Shown here piece after piece: positions 11,973-24,599 of a stretch of 59,965 nt of DNA (position 1 is the stretch's first letter; every line of letters begins with the position of its first letter). The notes under the pieces were generated by a model. It saw only the letters and a program-made list of their open reading frames with translations. It ran no database searches and had not been told where the DNA came from. Source of the DNA: Octopus bimaculoides (lineage: Eukaryota); NCBI RefSeq assembly GCF_001194135.2, contig NC_069003.1, positions 11,596,098 through 11,656,062 on the forward strand, read 5' to 3'. The position numbers and the translations under genes were made by a program.

Positions 11973-14085
11973 TTAATGATAGCTCATAAACCTCAGATCT
12001 TTTTTAAAATACTTCCCTGTCATTTGAATTATTTCAAATTTTCCCCATATATTTTATTTTCCAAATATTGTAATGATTTTAAATTCTTGTGCTTCTTTTC
12101 ATCATCAATGTGCAAAAAAAAAAAAAAAAATCAGTGTAGAAAATTTGAAAGGCATGGTTGTGTGGCAAGAAATTTGCTNNNNNNNNNNAAAAAAAAAAAA
12201 AAAAAAAAATCAGTGTAGAAAATTTGAAAGGCATGGTTGTGTGGCAAGAAATTTGCTTCCCAATCACACAGTTCCAAGTTCAATTCCACTGCATGGTATC
12301 TTGGATAAGTGTCTTTTACTATGGCCCCAAGCCGACCAATTCCTTGTGGGTGGATTTGAAAGAAACTGAAACAATTCATTGTGTGTGTATGTGTGTATAA
12401 TGTAGTCATTAGTTATGGTTGGTCAAAAAGTTACCATTGGTTTCATGCAATAAAGGCAACTCATCAGACCTGCAAGCTGAAGGCACACAAATTCTACTAA
12501 TGTAGAATACAATCTTGGTCAGTCAGTGTTGCGAAAAAAAATGAAATGAAATTCTTTGAAGTGAAACCCCTTTCTGGGCAAGATGGCGTTATCTCACTTT
12601 GACTGGCTCCAGTTGTGTCTAAAGATAGTCAATTTATGTATGATTTCCATTCACTAGTCAGCAAGCAGGGAATTCCATGTCTCCAACATAAAATTTCTCT
12701 CATGAAGGCACTGACAAAACATCTCACTTTTGGAATTTATATATCCTTTTATATGCTAGTCGATTAGATTGACCCCAGTATGCAACTGGTACTTAATTGA
12801 TTGACCCTGAAAGGATGAAAGGCAGTTGACCTTGGTGGAATTTGAACTCAGAATGTAAAGACAGATGAAATACTGCTAAGCATTTCACCCAACATGCTAC
12901 CGCTTCTGCCAGCTCTCCACCTTTTGGAATTTATATATCATCATCCTTTAACATCTGTTTTCCATGCTGACATGGGTTGGACAGTTTTACCAGAGCTGGA
13001 AAGCTGCACTCGGTTCCAGTTTGATTTGGCTATTTCTACAGCTGGATGCCCTTCCTAATGCCAACCACTTTACAGTGTGTGCTGAGTGCTTTTTACATGG
13101 CACTGGCACAGGTCTCTTTCTGGCCAATCCTCTTCACCAGGGGATGCAGCCTTAACATAAATATGCACACACACACTTGTATGTATATATGTTTGTGATC
13201 TGCTTAAGTTTGTTCTGCTCCACTGCTTGACAACTGGTGTTGGTTTGTTTTTGTCTCCATAGGTTAGCAGTTTGGCAGAAGACACTGACAGAATAAGTAT
13301 CAAACTTTAAAATAACTCCTGGCATTAATTTGTTTAACTAAACCCTTCGAGGGGGTGACCCAGTATGGCTGTGATCCAATGACTGAAACAAGTAAATGAT
13401 AAAAAATAAAAATAATTCATGTGCTTGGAAGAATTTTCAAAAGATTTCTTTCTCTAAAGTGAAATCCCCTGTTGAAACCATTTAATTTTATTGAAGAGAC
13501 CCCTAAAATACATTATTTCCGGAAAAGCTATTATTTCCAGAAAAGCTATTATTTCACTTCATTTATTTATGCCTCATTTAATGTGTGCTTTTGAGGAAAG
13601 TCTTGTCACATCCAAGTTTTCTTTTGTCTACAAATAGACCAGAAGCTTTGGTGTTTAACCTAGTGAATTGTTGAAGCAGATTCTGTAGTCACTAAGTTCT
13701 TTAAATACCATAGAGAATGTCTGTGTATATCTTTAGTTTTTCCCTGAGAAATGTGACTGATAGAAATAATAATGATGGTAGAGGTGGTGGTGATGGAAGA
13801 ATGCTGTATTATTGTTGCCAGGGACAGTTTTCCATCATTTGCTGTGAAGGTTTGTCTCTGTGGGAAAACTGAATCAAGTGACTGTCGTTGACCTTAGGGA
13901 AAGGTCATTTGAAGTCATTACTATAGGACTGTTGTATAATTAATTATTCCCCGTTTTAACTAGCTTTTCCCCTCTCTAGCACCCCTTCCATGGACCTCTA
14001 CAAGATCAGCATTAACTGTTAGGGGAGATGGTATGGTAGGGCTGAGACTTCAGAACTATCCAGGCCACCATCAATATATATATAT

Positions 14086-14189
14086 ATAGGAAAATGAAAA
14101 AAAGCCAGAATGCTGAACTGGAAGCATAATTTAATAAATATTAAATTATGCTTCCAGTTCAGCATTCTGGCTTTTTTTCATTTTCCTAT
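14086..14189. repeat. Perfect inverted repeat, 51-bp arms with a 2-nt spacer
   Basis: ataggaaaatgaaaaaaagccagaatgctgaactggaagcataatttaata-aa-tattaaattatgcttccagttcagcattctggctttttttcattttcctat, checked base by base; (TA)n on both sides. Confidence 0.95.
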
Positions 14190-15185
14190 TATTTCTCCAC
14201 GTGTGGTTAACACAACCCCACTATTTACTGACTTATATATATATATATATATGGCATTCCTATGAAATTGAGTCTGAAATAATTGTGTCCCCCATCACCG
14301 CTTGACAAATGGCATTAGTGTGTTTATGTCTCCGTAACATAGCAGTTTAGCAAAAAGAGACTGATGGAATAAGTACTAGGCTTGAAATAAAAGTACTTGG
14401 GCCAATTTATTTGACCAAATTTCTTCAAGGCAGTGCGCTAGCATGGCTATTGTCTAATGTCTGAAAGAAATGTGTATGTGTGTGAGAGAGAGAGAAACTA
14501 GGATTCAAAACATGAGCATATATAAGTCTCATGCACTTGTATATAGTTAAATACATCTTTCATCAACTTACTTCGGTAATTTGGTTCCAGGATGTGCGAC
14601 TGAAGTCGAAAAATGTAACAGGAGAAAAAAAATCAAAGAAAATTATTCTCCCATATTTGCTTTAATAAATGGTTTGTACAGATGGCAGAGTTTTGGTTTA
14701 AGTACACCATATAACCCCTCATATACTTTTTGGAATGCCAGAAAATTTTTGCGAGTTATGTAATACACATGGGAATTCATATGCTTATGCAAAAAAAAAA
14801 ATTTTTTTTTCATCTTTTGCTGTCCCTCCCTATAAATCCCCAAATTCCAACACCTTTTCAAAATTTCTTTTTTAAGGTGTGTGCTTTAAGAGAGATTTAG
14901 CTGTTTTTAGCACATCCCACGACCACTTGGTAGTGTCCTTGTTTCTTTGTCACACTGACATTTATTGATGTCTTTCAATATTTTTCTCTCCATAAACTCA
15001 TTTAACGGAATGATGATGCACCTGAGGGTGGTCCTTTGCTGGGATATAAGCAAAAAAAAAAAAATTTTTTTTTTTTTTAAACTTTTTATAATTTAATATA
15101 CAAGTTGAAGTGTCATGAACGAAACTTTTGGCCCTTGAGTCACTTTTTAACAATTATTCATTAAAAATAAAGTGTGTGTCTAAGC

Positions 15186-15449
15186 CAGGGGTTTTCAAAC
15201 TGTGGTCCACGGACCACAGGGGGTCCGTGGACAGCAAACACTTTTTATGGGCAATTTGATTTTATATATGTTTTTTAATCGAAATCTTTTAATTAACAAT
15301 AAACCTATTTGTTAAATACTGTTAAATAAATAAATGTAAAAATACATGTTATTTTAAGCAAATATTTATGTATAAATTTCAAAAGCATTTATAAGGGTAA
15401 AGCCTGAAATATAAAGGGGTTCACAAGTCAAAAAGTTTGAAAACCCCTG
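15186..15449. mobile_element. hAT MITE with intact TIRs and 8-bp TSD
   Basis: GTCTAAGC|caggggttttcaaact ... agtttgaaaacccctg|GTCTAAGC (TSD at 15178-15185 and 15450-15457). Confidence 0.9.
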
Positions 15450-16249
15450 GTCTAAGCAATGGAAAAATAGCCAGCAGTTTGGAAGTGCGTGTGGGAGGGG
15501 GAGAACAATACCTGTAACCTTTGCCCTCTGAGACTGCTGAATGGTTGATGTCTTTTGTGTTTCATTTAAACTATTACAGGTCAACACCTGCAGGAATGAT
15601 ATATGTACAAGTGTCTACCTGCATGTATAAGTATGTGTGTGTGTGTCTATGGACGCGTATATATGCATGTGTATAAGTGTGTGTATTTGCATGTATGTAT
15701 ATGAGGGTTTCTTAGGCATGTTCATGCCTTGTCAGGACTCACTAACTTAGAAAGAAAAAAAAGCTCAGCCACTTTGATTAATGAGGTAAAAAGTTAAATG
15801 TGATTCAACAACAGAGTTTTCTATTTTTGCTTGGGAGATATCTATTTATAAATATACCACCGCCATGTGTTTTGTCTATGTGATATCCAACCTTATGTGC
15901 TCTCCAAAATGGATTTCTTGTTTGTCGTTCTCTCTTGAACTTTCATGCCCCATTATTTTTTACAGACACACACATCCCCTTTCTTCTACTTTCCTCCCAT
16001 GCCATCTTAGTCACAAAAAGATTTTTTTTTTCCCACTATATTTAACCCTGAAAAATATTCAGCAACAATGCTAACAACAGGCTACCTACCTAGTGCTGGC
16101 CTTGCCTCCTAACCTACCTTAACTTTCTTTTCCCACCCCAAGTGAATAGCTTGGTAAAGTGGGTAGCTGTTTGTGTGTATGCCTGGAGACAGGCAAGCGG
16201 GTAGGTAGGTAGGTGGGGTATACACCATGTTCCTCAATATATCTAGTTC

Positions 16250-16540
16250 TGTTTACATTGGTTGTTATTGTTGTAGAAGTAATGGTATCAGTAGCAGTTG
16301 TGGTGGTAGTAGTAGTAGTAGTAGTGATAGTAGTAGTAGTAGTAGTAGTGGTTGCTGTTGTGTGGGGTATTGTTCTAGTAATGTTGATGTTGCAGTTGTT
16401 AGTAATAGAGGTTCTATGTGTGATGATAGTATAGGTTATTGTTCTGGTTGTGGTGGAAGCCGTAGTAGAAATAGAGGTTATTGTTGTGTAGTAGTGGTTA
16501 TCGTCCTGGTAATCATGGTGGCTATTGAAGGGGATTAGTC
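16250..16540. repeat. Degenerate (TAG)/(TGG)/(TTG)n low-complexity tract
   Basis: Direct reading; similar tracts at about 19370-19530, 28255-28340 and 54915-55030. Confidence 0.9.
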
Positions 16541-17920
16541 AAACAAATCGACCCCAATGCTTTTTTTTTTATGAAAGCCTAGTACATATTCTATCAGTCT
16601 TTTGCTGAACTGCTAAGTTACAGAGACATAAACAAACCAACACCAGTTGTCAAACAGTAGTGAGAGACTAGCTCAGATCTGTCTATCTATCTACCTCTCT
16701 CTATACACACACACAAAGGCTTCTTTCAGTTTTTGTCTAACAAATCCACTCACAAGGCTTTTGTCAATTCAGAACTGCAGTAGGAGATACTTACTTAAGA
16801 TACTACACTATGGGACTGAACCGGAAACCATGCGGTTGGCAAGCAAACTTCTTACCACACAGTCAAAATATCTTGTAATAGTTGTTAGTTTTCAAAAACA
16901 ATGAAAGCATTGTGTTTTCAATAATGAAAACATTACTTAAATAATATTGTGGTGTTTCACTTTTCAAGAGCTTTTAAAAATGTGCTGTCGTTTCAGTTTA
17001 TTTAAAGAGGGAAATGTAAACTAAATCTATTTATATTTTGTATGTTACTACAATACTCTCCTATTTGTATGTTGTAATTTTTATAAGTAAACCCTGGTGT
17101 GTGTATATGTGTGTGTGTAGTTGGTGCAGTTATGTCTGTGCGGTAAAAAGTTTGCTTCCCAACCACATGGTTTTAGGTTCAGTTCCACTGCATGACACCT
17201 TGTGCAAGTGTCTTCTACTGTGGCCTGAGGCTGACCGAAGCCTTATGAGTGGATTTGGAAGACGGAAACTGGAAGAAGCCCATCATGTATGCATATATAT
17301 ATATATATATACACATATACTAAAACAGTGACCTATATATATATATATTCATATATATACCGGAGTAAGCACATGAAATGTGCAACAAGGTGGAAAAAAG
17401 AGTACTCAAATACCAGAGGTAGAGTAATATGCTATATTTAAAAGCACCAGAAATATAACAAAAAAACCATNNNNNNNNNNNNNNNNNNNNNNNNNNNNNN
17501 NNNNNNNNNNNNNNNNNNNNNNNNNNNNNNNNNNNNNNNNNNNNNNNNNNNNNNNNNNNNNNNNNNNNNNNNNNNNNNNNNNNNNNNNNNNNNNNNNNNN
17601 NNNNNNNNNNNNNNNNNNNNNNNNNNNNNNNNNNNNNNNNNNNNNNNNNNNNNNNNNNNNNNNNNNNNNNNNNNNNNNNNNNNNNNNNNNNNNNNNNNNN
17701 NNNNNNNNNNNNNNNNNNNNNNNNNNNNNNNNNNNNNNNNNNNNNNNNNNNNNNNNNNNNNNNNNNNNNNNNNNNNNNNNNNNNNNNNNNNNNNNNNNNN
17801 NNNNNNNNNNNNNNNNNNNNNNNNNNNNNNNNNNNNNNNNNNNNNNNNNNNNNNNNNNNNNNNNNNNNNNNNNNNNNNNNNNNNNNNNNNNNNNNNNNNN
17901 NNNNNNNNNTTTTTTCCAGT

Positions 17921-18168
17921 TTCTTATTTCTTTATTGCCTACAAGGGGCTAAACATATAGGGGACAAACAAGGACAGATAAAGAGATTAAGTCGATTACA
18001 TCGAAACCCCCCCCCTTCCCCAGTGTGTAACTGGTACTTAATTTATTGACCCCGAAAGGATGAAAGGCGAAGTTGACCTCGGCGGAATTTGAACTCACAA
18101 CGTAACGGCAGACGAAATACCGCTATGCATTTCGCCCGGCATGCTAACATTTCTGCCAGCTCGCTGCT
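17921..18168 (-). mobile_element. SINE family B (Meta/MESC-like domain gaggtcgactttgcctttcatcctttcggggtcgat), near full length
   Basis: Near-identical to 26861-27084, 31831-32043 and 38281-38503. Degenerate copies lie at about 4990-5190, 6845-7045, 9240-9680, 12765-12925, 29110-29620, 37172-37510, 40500-40700, 50570-50780 and 59020-59810. The domain name is from recall. Confidence 0.8.
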
Positions 18169-18414
18169 TTTCTTTCAGTTTCTGCCTATCAAATCCACTC
18201 ACAAGGCTTTAGAAGACACTTGCTCAAGGTGTCACACAAGGGGACTGAACCAGGAACCTTGTGGTTGGGAAGCAAGCTACTTACCACACAGCCACTCCTG
18301 TGCCATATGTATATATATGTTTTTTTTTAATCCAGGTAAAAAATTCACAGGAGTTTTGTCCGGATCCCATAAATTAACTGTGACTTTATTACCAGTCACC
18401 TATTTTTTTTTAAA

Positions 18415-18782
18415 CTTGTTTCACAGTCATTAAACTATGGCCATGCTGGTGCACTGCTTTGAAGGATTTTAATTGAATGAATAAGCCCCAGTGCTTATTT
18501 TATTTTTTAAGCCTGGTACATATTCCATTGGACTCTCTTTGCTGAACCCCTAAGTTATGGGGACATAAACACACCAACACTAGTTATCAAGTAGTAGTGA
18601 GACACACACACACACATAAATGATGGGCTTCTTTCAGTTTCTGCCTGCCAAATCTACTCAGAAGGCTTTGGTCAGCCCAAGGTTATAGTAGAAGACAATT
18701 GCCCAAGGTACCTTGCATTGGGACTGAACCTGGAACTGTGAGGTTAGGAAGCAAACTTCTTACCACACGGCCATACCTGCAC

Positions 18783-18785
<3 letters not shown>
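18415..18785 (-). mobile_element. SINE family A (CORE-like, tRNA-type head)
   Basis: Same consensus as 28724-29095. Confidence 0.8.
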
Positions 18786-18831
<46 letters not shown>

Positions 18832-19630
18832 TCAGTTGTAACTCAGAAACAGTAGCCAAATTTCTCTAAAATCATGCCCCATGGTCTGAGAAAGTGAAGG
18901 ACATAAAGCTATGGTCTTGAAATATACTCATGTACAATGTCTGAAATTCTGACAGATGGCCATGGATGGAATGCTATAGTGAACATTGATCTACTCAGTT
19001 GTGACTAAACGAGATGTTAACCTTTCAAAGTATTATAAAGCAATTAGGCAAATATTGTGAGGCCAGTGCCCCAGCTTGGTCTTCATTTTAATGGTTAAAA
19101 CAAAGCGAAAACATAAAGGCTGTCATTTCCATTCATCTGCTTGAATATATTATTCTGTAGTGTCAAGAGCAGAGGTTGTGGTGATGGCGGTGGTGGTGGT
19201 GGAGGAGCTCAATATACAACAGCTGGTGACTATATAAAGTACATTACTATATATATATACGTACACTGCAGTACTGTTAAATACATCCTGGATATTATAC
19301 ATGCCGCGCACATTTAATTCTTGACTTGACTACATTAAGGACAAAGTGGAACTGTATTTACCACCACTAACACCAACACCAACACCACTACCACTAATAT
19401 CACTGTCGCCAACAGCATCACCAACTACACTAATACCACCAACACCACCATTACCATGGAGATAGTAGNNNNNNNNNNGCATCACCAACTACACTAATAC
19501 CACCAACACCACCATTACCATGGAGATAGTAGAAGACTCTTGTCTAAGGCATTGCACAGAGGGACTGAACCTGAAACCACACAATTGAGAAGCAGGCTTC
19601 TTAACCACTCAGCCACTCCTGTGCCTATTT

Positions 19631-19670
<40 letters not shown>

Positions 19671-19706
19671 TGTGTGTGTGTATATATATATGTATGTATG
19701 TACATA

Positions 19707-20070
19707 TAGGCACAGGTGTGGCTGTGTGGTAAGAAGCTTGCTCCCCAACCACATGGTTCTGGGTTCGGTCCCACTGCATGGCACCTTAGGCAAGTGTCTT
19801 CTACTATTGAGTGGATTTGGTAGATGGAAACTGAAAGAAACCCTTTGTGTGTGTTTATGTCTCTGTTTGTGCCCCACCCCAGTCACCATTTGACAACTGG
19901 TATTGGTGTGTTCACATCCCTGTAACTTAGTGGTTCGGCACAATAGACTAATAGAATAAGTACTAGGCTCAAGAAATAATTCCTGGGGTCGATTTGTTCA
20001 ACTTAAAAAAACTCTTCAAGGCTGTGCTCCAGCATGACCACAGTCAAATGATTGTAACAAGTAAAAGAAT
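19707..20070 (+). mobile_element. SINE family A, full length
   Basis: ggcacaggtgtggctgtgtggtaagaagc...gggttcggtccc (B-box-like)...ggcaccttaggcaagtg...aagtaaaagaataaaagaat. Confidence 0.8.
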
Positions 20071-20088
20071 AAAAGAATATATGTGAAG

Positions 20089-20215
20089 GCGTATGGCCTA
20101 GTGGTTAGGGTGTTTGCACTCATGGTCGTAAGATAGTGGTTTCGATTCCCAGACCAGGAGACTGGGTTGTGTGTTGTGCGCTTGAACAAGACAGAACATT
20201 TCACATTGCTCTGCA
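20089..20215 (+). mobile_element. tRNA-derived SINE head (related to the 34510 element)
   Basis: A-box tggcctagtgg and B-box gtttcgattccc, followed by non-tRNA sequence; no acceptor stem or CCA. Confidence 0.65.
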
Positions 20216-20289
20216 GTCTTTGGGAATGTGAAGGCAAGTGGCAGAACAATAGAGATGGAATGCAGTGAGTGGGGGTCATGGCGGGAGTG

Positions 20290-20460
20290 AGGTCATTATT
20301 ATTATGGCTGGATTCCAACCCAGGCTGCAGCAACAAAGTCTACCTGCCGCACTTCTCAGTCCATCATCACTGCCTTGATGTCCTGGATACTTTCCAGGCC
20401 GTTATCCGCAATCAAGGTGTCCGCGTAAATGTGGTCAATCATGAATATCAATTGGAGGAG
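20290..20460 (-). mobile_element. RTE-like LINE 3' end with a (TAA)n tail
   Basis: Minus strand reads IYADTLIADNGLESIQDIKAVMMD*EVRQ...VAAAWVGIQP* then taataataat, resembling RTE ORF2 C-termini. Confidence 0.5.
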
Positions 20461-21237
20461 TAGGTGGAGGGAGGAGTAGGTGTGGGTCGGTGGGGTGTGT
20501 ATGATAGGTGGCAGCAATGATGTGAAGTGTGTGGGGATGGGGTGTAAGAGAGATGTACAATGCCAGGGACAAAGGAGTGTATGGATGAATGTGTAGTCAA
20601 TATTTGAATCTTATTTTGGAACAGAATCTGTAAAATATCAGATAAAATAAAATGTTTTGTCATATTTGTTGCAGCTTTAAACGTTCTGGGTTCAAATCTT
20701 GCCATGGTAGACTTGATCTTTCATCCTTCTCAGAATCAATAAAATAAATTAACAGTGAGGTACTGGGGTTGCTATAATCAGCTGTGCCTGCCGCACAATT
20801 TCCAGTATTTTGTTTTGACACTCAAATTCATGAAGCAGTCCCTTATTTTCTGTAGGTGCCGACATGACTGTGTGATTAAGAAACTCGCTTTACAATCACG
20901 TGGTTTCGGGTTCAGTCCCACTGTGTGGCACTTGGGTAAGTGTCTTCTATAACCCTGGTCCAGCCAATGACTTGTGAGTGGATTTAGTAAATGGAAACTG
21001 TGTGGAAGATTGTTGTGTTTGTGTGTCTTTGTGCCTATCCCTCATCACTGCTTGACTGCTGGTTTTGGTTAGTTTACAGGTGTGGCTGTGTGGTAAGAAG
21101 CTTGCTTCTCAACCACATGGTTCTGGGTTCAGTCTCATTGTGTGGCACCTTGGACAAGTGTCTTCTACTATAGTCTTGAACCAACCAAAGCCTTGAGTAG
21201 ATTTGAAAGATGGAAACTGAAAGAAGCCAATCGTGTT

Positions 21238-21277
<40 letters not shown>

Positions 21278-22321
21278 TCCTCCATGATTGCTTGACAATT
21301 GATTGTGGTGTGTTTACATCCCTGTAACCTAGCGGTTGGGCAAAAGAGGCCGATAGAATAAGTCCTAGGGGTCAATTTGTTCAACCAAACTCCTTGACAC
21401 ATGATCACAGTTCAATGATTGATACTAGTTAAAGCTAAAAATAAAGAAACATAGCAAATATCTAACATTTGTAAAGTTTTCTGATGACTCTACAAAATAT
21501 TTCTGCAAAATGGATGGCAGACAATGGCGAAGGAATACTCTCAAAGCCCCACCCAATTTCATTGTCATCTCTCTTTTGGGTTTTTTTTTTCCTTCTCTTC
21601 CTCTTTTTCTTCTCTCTTGCTCTCTCCCTTATTTTCTCTTTCCTCTTATTCTCCCCCCCCCTCTCTCTGTTTCCCTCACCCCCTTCTGTATGTATGTTTC
21701 ACACAAGTGTTTCTCTTCAATTCCATATGTCTCTTCTTCACAGATTGGCAATGATATGGACTTAACTTAAACAGTCCAAATACCATTGCCCTTATCATTC
21801 ATTATTCATCTTCATCATTTTAATCTATGTTTATACAGGCAAAACATGTTTGAGCCAAACATTTTCAATGCTGCCCACATTCCTTTTGGCTACAAAACAT
21901 GTTTTTGTTTCCCAAATCTTCCCAAGTCTTTATAAAACAATACTCACCTTCACTAGTAGCCCATGTAGCATAGTGGTCCTTAATATTTATATTTTACTCT
22001 GATCAATCCCCTCACAGATACAGTTAACCCTTCTCCTTCCTCTTTATCCCTTCCCTGGACCTTTAATGTCAAGCCACCTGGGACTGTCCTTGGTTTTCTG
22101 ATACAAGTTCATTTGTATTATGATACAAATGAACTGTTTTAAAGTAAAACTTTCTACTAAAATTTCATATTAGTTTATGCTCCAAACATCAGCTTAACCC
22201 TTCCCCCACCTACTTACCTTTTAAAGCCTAGTACTTATTCTATCATTCTCTTTTGCCAAGCTGCCAAGTTACAGGGACATAAAACACCAACAATGGTTGT
22301 CAAGCAGTGGTGGAAGACAAA

Positions 22322-22367
<46 letters not shown>

Positions 22368-22369
22368 TG

Positions 22370-22408
<39 letters not shown>

Positions 22409-22555
22409 NNNNNNNNNNNNNNNNNNNNNNNNNNNNNNNNNNNNNNNNNNNNNNNNNNNNNNNNNNNNNNNNNNNNNNNNNNNNNNNNNNNNNNNNNNNN
22501 NNNNNNNNNNNNNNNNNNNNNNNNNNNNNNNNNNNNNNNNNNNNNNNNNNNNNNN

Positions 22556-22643
22556 CCGCAAGGCACGATTAGCGAAGACGAAGACCAAATAAACCAGTAA
22601 AATGGTTTATTTGGTCTTCGTCTTCGCTAATCGTGCTTTGCGG
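22556..22643. repeat. Inverted repeat, 41-bp arms (one G:T mismatch) with a 6-nt loop; the left arm abuts a gap
   Basis: ccgcaaggcacgattagcgaagacgaagaccaaataaacca-gtaaaa-tggtttatttggtcttcgtcttcgctaatcgtgctttgcgg. Confidence 0.9.
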
Positions 22644-23036
22644 ACATTTATTGTGGTTTTGGAGTCAGGATTTGACTGCTATTTTTTCAGCATGGTGGTA
22701 TCTCTTGATACCCTGTATTATAATTTTAAATAATTATTACCTTTGATGGTTTATATTCCCATGCTGACCACTTGATAAGATCAATATTTTAAATACCGAT
22801 CTTATCCTTATTTATATAAATATATATATATATATATGCGATGGGTTTCTTTCAGTTTCTGTCTACCGCAGTGGGACTGAACCCAGAGCCATGTGGTTGG
22901 GAAGGAAACTTCTTACCACACAGCCACGCCTGCACCTATATAATAACTTTAAATATACAAATGTCAGAGGCCCAATAAAAGTTGTGTAGCCCACTTCAGG
23001 ACTACGTAACCCCTACTTTGGGTGTCTCTTGTTTAA

Positions 23037-23244
23037 CCCTTTAGTGTTTAAACCGGCCATATCAGGCCAAAATTGTCATCCTGTTTTATGCTCAAACCAG
23101 CCAGCTCTGACCTCTCACACCTACCCTACAAAGTCATTCTAAAAATAAACAGAGACATCATTAAAATCTCAGAGTTACAATTAATTCAAAATAATGTAAT
23201 TAAACAGGCTTTACATTTGACAGATTAATCTGAATGCTAAAGGG
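23037..23244. mobile_element. piggyBac-like MITE, full length
   Basis: TTAA|ccctttagtgttt...ctgaatgctaaaggg|TTAA. Confidence 0.8.
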
Positions 23245-23332
23245 TTAAGAATAAAGTGGATTCTGAGGAACTCGAAGGGTTCCATGAGAAAATCTTGGAT
23301 TCTACAACATGATGGGTCTTTACCCATTTAAC

Positions 23333-24032
23333 GGATCTTNNNNNNNNNNNNNNNNNNNNNNNNNNNNNNNNNNNNNNNNNNNNNNNNNNNNNNNNNNNNN
23401 NNNNNNNNNNNNNNNNNNNNNNNNNNNNNNNNNNNNNNNNNNNNNNNNNNNNNNNNNNNNNNNNNNNNNNNNNNNNNNNNNNNNNNNNNNNNNNNNNNNN
23501 NNNNNNNNNNNNNNNNNNNNNNNNNNNNNNNNNNNNNNNNNNNNNNNNNNNNNNNNNNNNNNNNNNNNNNNNNNNNNNNNNNNNNNNNNNNNNNNNNNNN
23601 NNNNNNNNNNNNNNNNNNNNNNNNNNNNNNNNNNNNNNNNNNNNNNNNNNNNNNNNNNNNNNNNNNNNNNNNNNNNNNNNNNNNNNNNNNNNNNNNNNNN
23701 NNNNNNNNNNNNNNNNNNNNNNNNNAGGGTTAGGGTTAGGGTTAGGGTTAGGGTTAGGGTTAAAGCAAATTTAAAATGAAAAAAGCAAATAAAACGAAGA
23801 ATCGTTTGTTTATGTAGTCGGCACTTAATGTATATCGGCTGAATGGACGTCAGTGATTGGTTGAAATTATCAAATAAGACAATTTTTTACATGAAATAAA
23901 TTCGAATCCAAAAATATTTTTCTGTTCTATAACACAAAATAGATAAGTATACGAAGTTTGAAAGTCTTTCGGTACCAAAAACACTACGTAAAACATTAAT
24001 GAAAAATGTGGCCCCCGTTTTAAAAAAGATCC
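23333..24032. mobile_element. GG-terminated TIR element with an 8-bp TSD (Merlin-like, probably non-autonomous), partly in a gap
   Basis: CATTTAAC|ggatctt(N...) ... aagatcc|CATTTAAC (TSD at 23325-23332 and 24033-24040). Only 7 bp of the left TIR is visible. Confidence 0.6.
23726..23761 (+). repeat. Interstitial telomeric-type array, (AGGGTT)6 visible, may extend into the gap
   Basis: Direct reading. Confidence 0.9.
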
Positions 24033-24599
24033 CATTTAACTGCGAAATGAAATTTCACAGCTGTTCCAGTAATAATTTTAACCATCTACCAAAAAGACAG
24101 AATTGATATTTTTGCAAGTCATATTGCTGACACTGGAGCTTGGTCCAATCCTCTAACTTACCAGCTCCTGTCAAACTGTTCAACCCATGGAAAACAGATG
24201 TTAAATGATACGAATTAGATATTTTTTTAACACAGAATTGCCATTAGAACAGCAGAACTACTGGGTAAATTATACCCTTACAAAGTGGACTGGTTTTTGG
24301 CAAATTTTTCCGCTTTGTAAAGGTAATTTACCCAGTATTTCAGCTGTGTTAATGGCAAGTCTGTGTTTGAAAAAATATCATCTAATTTGTATCGTTCTGT
24401 ACACATTTCAACTCTTATAAAAACAAATGTTAATTTGTTTATATTTATACACGTAGATGTTAAATGATTATAAAATTTGTGTGCTTGAAAATGAATTGTT
24501 ATGTTTTATTTAGTCAACACTGAGTGGACCTTTGAGTGATATTAAATAAATTTTATGGGCTTAGTTAACAAAAGAGCTACATATCTCCATCCTTGGCTA

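Noticed and set aside
12115-12258. Direct repeat of about 65 bp
   Set aside because: The copies flank a 10-N gap, typical of unmerged contig overlap; the same applies to about 19420-19530 and 124-230.
16213-16538. Poly-V and poly-S ORFs
   Set aside because: Trinucleotide low-complexity repeat; the same applies to the His-rich ORF at 54857-55060.
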